Shown one piece after another: positions 11,861-24,000 of a stretch of DNA of 64,000 nt. The notes beneath the pieces are model-generated. The model was not told the origin of the DNA. It did no database searches and saw only the letters and a program-made list of their open reading frames with translations. Both the position numbers and the translations under genes were made by a program. Source of the stretch: Lama glama (lineage: Eukaryota); contig CM052816.1 in the NCBI GenBank assembly GCA_028534125.1, positions 33,606,001-33,670,000 of the forward strand, given 5' to 3'. Each line of letters starts with the position of its first letter. The first letter of the stretch is position 1.

Positions 11861-13944
11861 AGAGAATTGTTTCTCCATTTAAGGGAAAGAGTGTGTTTTT
11901 ATTTGTATGAAAGATAGTATTTTATTATTGTTGCTGGGAACCTTAAGTATGGAAGAATGGTGTGTGCTGAACAGCCAAGGAAAGAACTACAGGGATATAT
12001 ATATCTCCTGCTTTTTCACTCCAAATACCTTCTGAACACTCTTCCTAGGTTTGGAGAATTTCCCACTTAAAGTCTCTGCATCCTCAACAAAGAATCTAGA
12101 ACCTCACTCTGTTGGCCTCCCTTGTGATTTGGGTACAGCCATGAGCCTTAGACTGTTCCAAATGGATGCACCCACATGACAATGTGAATTGTAAGTCATT
12201 GCAGTGGAGGAGGTACTGTGCACAAGCTGTTCCAAGGGGAGTGTTGGCCAAGATCCCCAGCCTTCAGAGGTATCAGAGATATCCAACGCCCAAGGCTGGC
12301 CATGCAAGGGACTTGGGGTGACCTGGACATCACTCTTAGCCACACAGGCCACAAAAGATTTGGAAAGATTCCTAATGGTCTTTAATAACTTTTTCTTGCT
12401 GAAAATAGCTGAAACTGATTCTAAACACCTAGATTGATACATTTCATTATCTTAACAATTTAATAAGCACTCTTTATTTATCACTTCATTGTCTTGGCCT
12501 AAAGTTTGCCATTTAGTCCTCACCAAACTCAACAGACCACTGATTCCAACTAAATCTGATGTTGAATGGGGTCTCAAAACCTGAGGCTGCCCTGACCCTA
12601 CTGGCTCTCTGGGAGGATGTAAAAGTACTGATTCATACTCTTGGAACATTAGGTTTTAGGCATTTTCAGATATGAGCACTGGTATTGCATAGTATATGCC
12701 AACACCTCTTGAAGGTTATGTATTTCTTTAACCAATCAATTAGGGCAGTAATTCTCAGCATTTTTGGTCTCAGGGCTCCACCAAGCTTTGGTTATATAGT
12801 TATATTTATTAATATTTCCAATATTTGACATAGTGAGATCAAAGAGTCAAATAACTTCTGAGTCTTATTATGAAAATGTTTTTTCACATTTTGCTGACTT
12901 TCTGAAAGAATTTCAGGAACCCCCAGAGAACACTGTATGACTCTATGAAAACCATGGAATTGAGTATTTACTGAATACCTGTTGTGTGCACAACATTGAA
13001 ATGGACTTTATACCAAGTTTGTCAGCTGAAGGTGATAGCACAAACAGAGGCAGAGCCATGGAAATATGACTACCATGGTGACAAAAGAGGAGAAAACCAA
13101 CCGAGCTGAGTACTTTAAAGAGGAGGGAAAATAGTGAGAGACACTTTCCCATATGACCCTAAATGTCTCCAGGAAATGCTATTTGTTCAAGGATTTTGCT
13201 ACATAAGAACTATAAGAAAAAAGGCCTATTGTTTAAAAAAAGAACAAAATTTTTTAAGGATTAATATTTTTTTCAAAGATAAAATTGGTTTCAAGTGACA
13301 CAAGGTGTGGTATATTTGTTGAGTGATTGTCATTTTCCAGCAGGAAGGAGAATGGTAATTTCCCTCTGTGGGCTCTGGTAAAGGGTAAAGAGATAAGCTA
13401 ATGTGATACTGCCTCTCTTTGCCACTTAGTTCATGAAGAATCAAGTGGGTTATATCTGCTTATCACTGAAGGTGAGTAAAACTCTCCACCCCAATATTCC
13501 TCAAGCTTTCTGAGAAACTTCAGGCACGTACCACACCATTTAGGTGAGGATCTGTTTTGCCAGTTGCCCTTCCCACCACTTCCTGAGCTCCAGGCTCAGC
13601 CCAGTGCCAGGTGAGTCATGGCCACTTACATGGCTTTCCTACATCCCAGCTCATGTCAGCCAAGTGTGAAGAGAAGATGGGACCTGGAGATTATCAGCAC
13701 CTGTCAAAAAGCCAATGCTAGGGACTTGCATCCCCAAGCGAGTTGTGGGCATGTCAAGTCTGGAGGTTTGTGGGAAGGTCCAGTGATTCCAGCAGCAACC
13801 ACAATTGTAACTCCAGGGGTTGCCTTCTAGGAGGAAGCGAAATTCTGGCCAGCCACATAGGATATATGTACATAATAGGATGTATGTGTGAATGGATGGA
13901 TAGTAAGATATATACAAATAAATTTTATTTGAAAAACTAGATGA

Positions 13945-14087
13945 GGGGGGTGGGTATAGCTCAGTGGCAGAGCACATGCTTAGCATACATGAGGTGTTGG
14001 GTTCAATCCCTAGTACCTCCATTAAATAAATAAATAAACCTAATTACTGACCCCCAAAACAAACAAAAAGAACCCCAAAAAGGAAAA
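13945..14087 (+). mobile_element. tRNA(Ala)-derived SINE, camelid Vic-1-like
   Basis: A box TAGCTCAGTGG, B box GGTTCAATCCC, (TAAA)n-CCTAATTAC tail; 13-bp TSD AAAAACTAGATGA at 13932-13944 and 14088-14100. Confidence 0.9.
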
Positions 14088-15102
14088 AAAAACTAGATGA
14101 AAAGAGTGAAAAAAGGGAAAATAGAGTAAAAAAAAAAACTAAATATAAAGAGTACTGAAATGTACATATAGCAATACCGAGAATTAACAGTTAACACTGT
14201 ATCCTATTTTGTCTAATTTCAGATACAAATACATAAAACACTGCAGAAAAGTTAAAATTTCCATTATATCCAGTTCAAGAAGAGCTGGCCTCCACACTCC
14301 CTAGAGACAAGTAGCATGGATTTAGCCACCGTTGTCTTTCCACTGACTTTTTCACTTCCCCTTGGTCTGAATTCTCTCTCCCTCTCCTCCACGCCTCCAC
14401 ACGCGCACCCCGTCACCCACCTTTCTTCTGAGCTCCTGGCAGTGTCCTCTTCTCCACAGAGGCAGATGCTCTCCTCCTGTGTGGCTAAACTCCTGGAGTT
14501 GGGGGTCAGGCACTTTATCTCATTTGTGTCGGTATTTCCACACCTTGTTGCACCCCGCACAGGATGCTGAATGAACCACTGAGGAAAGGAAACGGGATGG
14601 ACTGAGGGAAGCACACGGTCTCCACAGGCATCTATTTCCTCACCCGTCACGGTCGCGCTCGTGCTGAGCTCTTCACCTCACGTCCTTGCCACCTCAGCAG
14701 CAAGACGCGGACAACTCACCCCGCCTCCTGCCTCCACCTTCCCTTCGGGCCAGCCCGTGTCCAAGGCGCCCAGAGCTAACACTAGCACCCAGCCCCCGGG
14801 GGAGTGGCCCTCACATCCACCAGGCCTAACAGGCAGGGCCCGGCCGATTCCTCGTCCAAGCCTCTCCACATTTGGCCATCTCGTACTAACCCGTTTCCTA
14901 CAAGAACCGAGAGGTGGTGTCTTCTGAGAAAAAAAGAGTAGCTCCCCACCCCCATTTTATCTCTTCATACGCATTGGTTTTCTAAGTTGTAATCAAATCC
15001 TTTGTTAAAAAAAAAAAAAAGAGCAGCAGCAGGCGTCCCCCAACATCGTACTCTCTCACGCAGGTGTCGCGCACTTTTGGAAGCTCCCAGAGACCGTCTG
15101 TC

Positions 15103-15139
15103 CGCACACGCACACGCACACGCACGCACGCACGCGCGC
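15103..15139. repeat. (CGCACA)3(CGCA)3(CG)3C alternating purine-pyrimidine repeat
   Basis: Read directly from the sequence. Confidence 0.9.
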
Positions 15140-16265
15140 TCCGCACTCGGAAGCAAGCTCCAGGCGCTCGTTTAGCTAAGTGTGAAGGGTCAGATCATTG
15201 CACTGAAAGAGAGTAAAGTTAAATGGCCAACCAAAAGAATACGAAAGAATGAGTTAAAACCAAACAAGGACGAGTCCTTCTATGTTTTGTTTTCTCAAGA
15301 GCGTGAAACAGCGCCTGAGACTGCGTAGGTGCTCGGGAAGTAGGATCTGATGAGACAGAATGAGTAAGTCAATGATGCAAGGAAGGAGCGAAACACTGTG
15401 CTGGATGGGGACGCGATCACCTTTTGGTATTTTATACTTCTTAGAGACTCAATCCACATGGTCAGGTGAACCCAGGCTGGAAAAATCCACGCACCCGCCA
15501 CTAATTAGGCCACTGCGCTTGCATAATCTTTAGAGAGCAGAGTGTGGCCAGCAGTGAGGAAACAAGGCCAGAGTTATGGGACTGAAGCCAGACTTGAAAA
15601 GTTCAGATAGAGAAAAAGAGCCAAAATGAATACGTTGTAAAGATTGATTAGTCAGATATAGTGGGAAAAATTAAAACGGAAAAAATTTTGATTTGAATAT
15701 GCATTCCTGGCTGTAAAAGACATTGCTAAAAATTATTTGTCTAATATTTATGCCATCCTTGTTTTTCCATGAACATTAACTCATTGTTATCTGCGTGTCT
15801 GTGGTGTAGATAAACCACTTTTTTGAAAAATGAAGATGAAACCTAATACTGAATATTTTATGTACTTCTTTAGAGACATTTAGAATCCAGCTGGAATTGG
15901 AAACTAGCATAATTGGAATTGGAAATTCAGCCTACAGTACAGACACGGAAAAAAAAAAATCCCCACAGAATTCTTTATATAACGGACTCAATTTCATCCT
16001 AAACCCTCATACCACTGGATTCCAGAGGAGTCCGGGGAAACAAATTTACCAAAAGTACCTCAGTCCCTTTTATATTAGTTTAGGTTCCTGTAAATAAATG
16101 TTTAGTGAAATTTTATGTTCAGATTTCCTACTACAGCTATTTTTCTTCTCAGTAGTTCACCTCTCCGTGGATGGCATGTGGGTAAAGGAAAAGCCTTCTG
16201 TGTTGGCGGATCCTCCCCACCTCCTCCCTCCACCCACCTCCTCCCTCCACCCACCACCATGCATT

Positions 16266-16342
16266 TAGCCTGTGGTGTCTCAGCTAGCCTTCCAATTGGT
16301 GTCTCAGCTAGCCTGTGGTGTCTCAGCTAGCCTTCCAATTGG
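16266..16342. repeat. Short compound tandem repeat (GGTGTCTCAGCTAGCC x3)
   Basis: Alternating 19- and 24-nt units; 43-nt superunit present about 1.8 times. Confidence 0.9.
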
Positions 16343-16999
16343 GCCCTGGGTGAGGATGGTGCTGCCACACATGGCTATGGGGTCCTGGCTCACTTTGTCA
16401 CAGTGTCTCTATAACCAGCCTGTGGACACTATACTCTAAGCTCTCTCCCTCGTTCCCCTCAGGAAGCAGGTGGAAAGTTCAGAACTCTTCAAATGGCATC
16501 CACAGTCATGGAAAACTGTGAACTGTCACAGGCCTCTCCCTCTGCCTAAATATGTTACCATACAATTACCCTCTATGATTCAAAGTTTAAGTAGGCTCAC
16601 TGAGATTCTATTTCAAGATTTGTTTAAAGATAATCACTTTCTAATTAGTTTAAGGGGAAAATATATAAATTCAGAGCCACTGGCATCTGTATTGCAAGTT
16701 TTAATCACTTATGTTCCCATCACAAATAAAATCCTGACACATACTAAGTCCTCAATAAATACCTGATAAATCAGGGAATGAGGAGAGATCTTGACTGAAC
16801 AGTTAACCATTAATTAGGAGAGCAAAAAGGAGAGATGGAGAGAATGACTAATTCCTGTGGAACTCATAGATCCAGCAGTAGGTAAAGCCAATTTTTATCC
16901 CTGGACTTTGCAGACTCACATATTTGAATTAGGTTTCAGTCACTTGCAACCTAGCAATTAATAAAAAGGCATGATCCTATATAACTTACACTAATAAAT

Positions 17000-19330
17000 T
17001 TCAAAATCTAGATTAAAGCCATAATTTGTAAGGAAAATACAATTTAGCAACAATGACTTGAGAAGAGAAAGAATATCCAATTAGTTCAGTAACTATAGAA
17101 AAAATTAAGTAGGTAAAAATCACCATGTAATAAAGACCTTATGGAAGACATTTTTTTCCCCTTTAGACAAGTTTAAAAATATATCAGGGGTAGATGAAAT
17201 TCCATGAAACAGGCAAATGTACCAATTTCATCTCCCTTATAAAAAGTTGGTATTCCAGAAATGAAAATATGATTCTATGTTACAAATCTTTGAATAAAAT
17301 TCACTAAATTACATCAAAGATACTGATTTTCTAATATATGCTGGAAAAAATCACTTGATAAAATTCTATACCTACCTCTAGTTTAAATTTTTCAAGTAGC
17401 AAATTGGTAATAAAATAGAACTTAACCAAGGATATCTACCAGAAATTCAGACTATCCTTAATGGTAGAACATTAAAAGCGTTTCTACTAAAGTCAGTAAC
17501 AACACAAATTTTTGCTAAGCACTGCTAGTACCCAACATTCTTTGCCATATTGCTAAAGCAATCCTAACTAAAAACAAATAAGTGAAATATGAATATTGGA
17601 TAGAAAATAAAGGCTCATCAATTGCAGAAGATGGGATTCTCTTGGATTTTCTCAGACTATATTAACAAAGTTTTAAGAGTTCTGCAGTATCATAATAGAT
17701 CAGCATATAAAAATCAAATTGCTTTTACCATGACAATAACCAATTATAAAATACATTAGAAAAAAGATGTATTTCATTATAACAATGAAAATAAAATCCC
17801 CAGAAATAAATCTGTTGAAAAATATATGATCATATAAAGAAATTTTATGAAACCAAGAGAAGCCTACATCTGGTTTAATGAAGACATAGATTGCTCCTGA
17901 AGAGAAATACTACACAATCTGCAGTTAGTTGAATTCACAGATGCAGAACCAAGGATATGGAGGAATGACGGATATGGAGAGCCAACTATAAATTCTACAC
18001 AGATTTCAATTGTGCGGTAGGTTAGCACCCCTAACTCCTTGCTTGTTTAAAGGTCAACTGTAATTCTCTTCAAATCCATATGATAAATTTAATGCAACTA
18101 AAATCAAAACTTCAAAAAGAATGTCTGCTCACCAACAGACAAGTTTTTGAAAACATTAGGAATGTTTTTCCCCCACCATCTCTGACAACAGCAGAAAACT
18201 ATACTCTAAGTGATATATTATTAGGAATATAAAATATCTCAATTAAAGAATTTAGCACATGATAAAATAGCATTCCAAATGAGTAAGAATGGACTTCAAT
18301 AAATGGTTTTTGGACTTTTGAATAAAAGTAGCTCTGTACCTTATTACAGTCTTCACAAAAATAAATTCCAGATGGAGTCTGGAGACATATATGGTAATTA
18401 GCTTAGAAAAAATTACAAAATATGCTCTATATTTTGAAATAAGTCATAAAATACTTATCAATTTGACTATACATAAGTATAAAATATCTATTTAAAAGAG
18501 ACAGCAAAAGTAAACACAAGTGACCAACTGGGAGAAAACACTGTAGCAGATATACAATATTAATATCTATCTAAACTATATGAAAAACTCTTTAACAAAT
18601 CCAAAAGACAAATCATACAACAGAAAAATAAGCAGTATTGGCAAAGGGCAATTCACACATGAAATACAAGAACAATCTAAAATAAATATATGAAAAGATA
18701 CCCATCCTCACTAGTGTCAGATCTTTTTAATATAAACAATGAAAATGATAATTTTTCACCCATTAAGTTAAGTAAAATTTTTAATCTAAAAATTGAATGT
18801 CCTCAAGGATATGGGAAGCAAGTACTCATTCACTGCTGAGGAGAATCTTTAAATTGATAGCCATTTTGGAAGCCAACTGAAGTATCTCTTTAAAACTGCC
18901 TAACTGTCCCAGCTGTTCAAAGCTTAAGCATATTCCAGAGAAATCCTTACATACACATAAAGAGTCATGCAGGATGATATTCCTTCAGCACTGTTTGTAA
19001 AGAGAAAAAAGGGCGGAGGAACTACCCTAGTGTCCACTGTAAGCTAATGTGGAACACTATACAAAAGTAAATAGGTGAGATTAGGAGAAATACGCAAATA
19101 AATAAACCAAGTAGAAAAGTTGCAGAATGACATTCATATATTTATATAAAAACGGAAGCAATAGTTTATTTCCTGTAGCTATATATAACATGTATATACA
19201 TTCACAGAAAAAGGTCTAGATGGAAAGTTAACAACTGCTACTTCAAGGGAAGTTACTGGGATTGAAGGTGATTATCAAACATAGACTTGTCTTTGATGTT
19301 TTTACAAGTAAAATGCAGTCATACTACATT
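17000..19330 (+). mobile_element. Highly degraded ancient L1 (L1ME-type ORF2 and 3' remnant)
   Basis: A-rich strand with scattered ORF2-like motifs (AATAAATGGT, AAATTCCAGATGG, GTACTCATTCACTGCTG, CCATTTTGGAA). Confidence 0.65.
17912..18062 (-). mobile_element. Tigger2/MER8-like DNA transposon fragment nested in L1
   Basis: Ends in GTTTAAAGGTCAACTGTA (TIR + TA); reverse-complement similar to 36622-36838. Confidence 0.7.
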
Positions 19331-20761
19331 TGTAATTTAAAATGTAAAGAAAAAGCAGTACGGATTGATACATTTTAAGAAAAATTATACACACAAAACA
19401 TAACCTTTGTTTTTCTTTCTCCCACCCTTCCTTGATGGCAAATATACAGAAAATGTTCTGGAAGATTACCTGCCAAAATGATGCTTTAATAGTATTTAAA
19501 GATACCACCAATAAAAACAATACACTCAACTCCTGTATTCTCATCTGAAAAAGAAAGTTCAAGATTTATCATAGCAATACAATTTCAGTTTGGAACTTTT
19601 AATACTGTTTTAGGTATTTACAATTTTCATTCACATGGTACATAATTATATACTGAATTTAGCCATGTCTTTAGAATATAGTATTTGGGGTGTAGGGGAA
19701 TACAGTTTTTAATGTTTAAGTTAGAACTTCAGTCATTATTAACATTTCAGTCAATAACTGTTAAGTTTATAAACATTTCTAAACGAACAAAGCACATAAC
19801 CAAACTCACTTATTTCTTTAACAGTTTACTAACTCTACATTTCACCATAGACAAAACTGTTTTGACGATTAAACTTATCATTAATCAACTCCTTGTGAGG
19901 ACTCTCCCTTCTGGAGATTATTCTATAAAACTACATCCTAATTAGAATGGTATTGGCTTTCAAATACAACCAGCTGAATTTCATGAATGACACTACTTTT
20001 GAGTATAGTATAAAAACTAAAAAAGTTTTTAGAACAGTGTGCTTTTAAAAATTGCTTATTTTTAACTCACATATTGCTGAAGCCTTGAATTACAAAAACA
20101 ATGATGATGAGAAAAGCTATCTAGTTTCACAATGGTTATGAAAGAAAAGTATAGTCAGTAGTTTCTTCCCAAATAAAAAGGTCAACAGTGAGGAAGAAAA
20201 ACCTTTGAAGGGTATCTTCAATGGAATCTGGAATTTCCCTCACCTATCCTAGGTATCTGTCCAACTGTGTCCTGTAGCAAGCTGCCTTGTGAAAGTGCCT
20301 CTCATCATATTCATGATAAAAGAACAAGTTCCTTTAGAAAGGTTACAATAGAGAGAGCACTAGGGCAGTGTTAGAAAATCTGGATATGTCACTGAGATCC
20401 TAAGCGGACCACAGCAGCTTCCTGTTCTGCAATTCAAGAGGCTGTACTGTCTGACACGCCTGCTGGCTCTAAGAGTCAATGACCTGTTTTCATCAAAGGC
20501 CATTAAGGAAGGAAACATGCCTTTTTACCTCGTAACATGAGGGCACTTTTACAACTATATTATGTATCAGTTTTATCTTCAGTTTAATTCAGTAATACTT
20601 TACATGAAACACTCAGTACACCTCATGTTACAGATATCAAAAAAAAAAAAACCACAAGCTGGTGATAATTTAAAAACAAGTCATAACTGATGTGAAGAGA
20701 TTCAGAAAGTAAGTCATTAGAGAGGATTCTCTACATCTTTGAAATAAAAGGCAGGTATAAT

Positions 20762-20908
20762 TTTATTTCAGGAAAGTATTTAGCATTTAAAGTGGAGAAT
20801 GACTGACAACTCAGTAGTGCCAGCATTTATTTTCTTTTCACATTGAGACTTAGAAAACAAGGTACGAGTTAAACTCTCAACCCCTTTAATATAAAAGTCT
20901 GATTTATT
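20762..20908 (-). terminator. Candidate proximal poly(A) signals of WDR36
   Basis: AATAAA on the minus strand at 20903-20908, 20826-20831 and 20762-20767; which is used cannot be told from sequence. Confidence 0.4.
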
Positions 20909-20928
20909 TAGTCACGTAAGTTTTTTCT

Positions 20929-21078
20929 TTATAATAAAGCACTTTTTATATAATTTAAAACACACATGCTTTGATTGAACAGTGATTGTAAATGGATCCA
21001 GTTTTCTTCCAACTGTGATGACAACTCTGTCATTTCTTCTAGAAGTACTGGCTCTGAAGGAAGCATTTTAAGGTGCAA
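20929..21078 (-). CDS. WDR36: WDR36 exon 23 coding part (150 nt incl. TAA)
   Basis: [52 protein letters not shown]. Confidence 0.95.
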   Translation of the reverse strand: MHLKMLPSEPVLLEEMTELSSQLEENWIHLQSLFNQSMCVLNYIKSALL

Positions 21079-24000
21079 CTAAAAAGAAAAAATGATAGTT
21101 CATTTAAGAAAACTGAATTTTTTTCATTCTGGATTTAACTTTTTTTACCAAGGAACCTTAGAAAATACTATTTTCTGTGCTTCTTTTAAGTTTCTCCTTT
21201 CACTGTAACCCACCGGTAACTAACGGCAGAAAGGCCCTTTGCTTTATTTTCTAAAGATTTAATTAAATTTATATTCAGGAACTAAACTTGGTAAATTTGG
21301 GAAGAATATAGAAACAATATGTGGTATTCCTATTTTTTTATCCTACATGCTATCATCTAAGTATCTACTTTTTAAGTAATTTAAAATAAATAGATCAAGT
21401 GAAAACTCACTTTAGATATTAATGGGATCAATGAAGACTCATATCTATCACTGAAAATCAGCATCATCTACCTTCTTCAATACATTATACTACTGAAGTA
21501 AACATGAGTTCTCCATTATATTAACCATAAAAGCAATTCTGTTATTGCCAAAACATTTGAAACTCCTTCAAACAAGACAGAAGTAAATATTTTTATTTCA
21601 GCAGTACAAAGAATAAAACAAAACAAAACATAAACATAAAACCTGACTCTCTCTTCACAAAATGTAACTACTTTAAGTTAACAGTTTAGTATACTGATCA
21701 ATTGGATGATACAGAAAAGTCAGGAGACTGAGTCAAGACTGTGTTGAGTTAAAAACAAAACACAACACAACAAAAAACAACTAAAAGCTGCTGTGCTGTC
21801 CAGCTATCCATTATGGTAGTCACTAGGCACAGAAAGCTATTTAAATTAATTACATCTCTATAAAATGAAAAATTCAGTTTTTCAGTCAAATTACCCACAA
21901 TTCAAGTGCTCAGGAGCTACATGTGGCAAGTGTGAGTATGGAACATTACCACCTTTGCAGAAAGTTCTATAAGACAACATTACTCTAGAGGACGGCAAGA
22001 TGGGAAGTTCTGTCTTACATTTGAGACTTACCTTTAGAAACAATGCAAGGTATGCCTGGGCTAACTCAAAATCACGCTTTCTTTCCAACATCATCCGGAT
22101 CATTTTCAAGAAGCTCTTCATAACTTCTATAGAACCACCACAATCCGGAGACAAACTTCGCAGTTCTGTTTCAATTCCAGATGGGCCTAATTCTTTCAGA
22201 AGGTTAAAAGCAGTTTCATCTGCATTAAGTTTTAATAAGAATCCAGTTATTACCTACAATCATTTTATTTAGGAAACTAGTTTTCATTTCAAACCCCAAG
22301 CAACATGTACTTAAAATGCACAGGAAATTTCCTGTGGCTTAAATTACTGAAAATGCAACAACAACAACAACAAATTTAACTTTTTTTCCTATTAAGACTG
22401 TTAAAGAAAATCTAATTAATGCCAAGCATCAGCCATTTTAAGATGCTCATAAATCAGTAAGAATAAATCCAAATAAAAGAAGGCTATAGAGGTATATGCC
22501 AAGTTATTAACAGCAGTTGCCACTGGGAATAAGATGAGGTGGGGAAATTTATTTTTCTTTCTTTCTATTGTTACAAAAATTATGAAAATATCACATGATC
22601 AGTAAGAAACACTAACAATACAGAAATATATGAGGGGAAAGACTCCACATTATTCTTTCCCACTCCAAATCTACTTCTTTTCCCTAGAGGTAAGCACTCT
22701 TATTTCATACGTATCCTATGAAAATGTATTCTATATACTTACAACTATTTTATAAGAGGCATTTTTTATTACAATGGCAATGATTATGCTTTCAGCTTTT
22801 TGAAAAGGAACACCAATGACAAAAGTCTAATACATCTTATTTTTTGCTCTGCGGTACATACTAAATAATAGTGTTTTTCTTCTTTGTTCCTTCATAAACA
22901 TATTACTCCTTTTATGATCCTGCTATTCTTTACCACCTACAATGATCCATCAGTACCATTCTTTGACTTCTGCCAATGTGTACTCAAGTGATACTGGTAT
23001 GAAAACAAAAGCATGTGGGTCAGAAACTAAGAAGGTAAGTCAAACAGGCTGTGATTTTGTTAACTGCTCATAGCTCTTGTTTATCATTATTAGCTAGACT
23101 GTAGCTGTCAAAATTTAAATCTATTAACATTTAATAAATACATTTTAAAATTGCCTTTTTATGAGATAATTTGGTAATATCTGAAATTACCTAAGACAAA
23201 AGTCTCCTCTGTATTGCAAACTATACTGAAAATCAGATTTGTAAGTAAAAACAAAAGCAAAAAAAAAAAATCCAATTTTCCATAAAGAATGAAATGTTCT
23301 CAAAAGATTACTATATAATTTCAATATCATCTGAGTTTAGTGTCACTCCTTTAATACAACACAAAGCTAAAATTACTTCAAATTAAAACCAAAATTTCAA
23401 TCCTTCTGGTTTTTACTTTCAGCTACTGAGAAACCTGCTAATATTTCATCCAATTTCTCTTCATATAAAGTAAAATAAGCTAACAATATTTGGTAAAAAT
23501 ATTTTATAATTTAACTTACATTTATTATCTACCAGTCCTTCTTCAAGTTTCAAGCAGAAATCTGATTTTTGAGCCAAAATTCCAAGATTTACCACTTTAG
23601 ACTTAAACAAAAACAAATATACATTATTCAAAAACCACAAATATAACAAAAATTATAGTTTCTAATTAAAAGCTATTATTAATTTCCTCTATGTCTGTAA
23701 ACTTGGGTCTTGGTTAAGAACTACAAATGTACAACACAAAACAACACACCCCATGTACTTAAAATGCTCCAATTTAGTTTTTACCTGTTGAGGATCATTA
23801 TTTTGTTCAGGTGCAGCATATCTGGGTACAAGGCCAGGAATTGTTGGAATAAAAAATGGTGCTGATTTGGGTACTTTGGGTGGTTCCTTTGGTTTATTCT
23901 TTTTCTAATTGAGAGAAAATGAGAAAAGGAAAAAAGACTAGTAAATAATTATGTCGCCAAAAGTTTCTAACACTTAATTCCAACTTAATTTTTTAACTCC

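Noticed and set aside
13945..14022. tRNA-Ala gene (also 55791-55870)
   Set aside because: Stems are mismatched, and the shared SINE tail, A-rich end and TSDs mark these as SINEs.
16266..16342. CRISPR-like repeat/spacer pattern
   Set aside because: Eukaryotic DNA; spacers are only 3-8 nt and themselves repeated; no cas genes.
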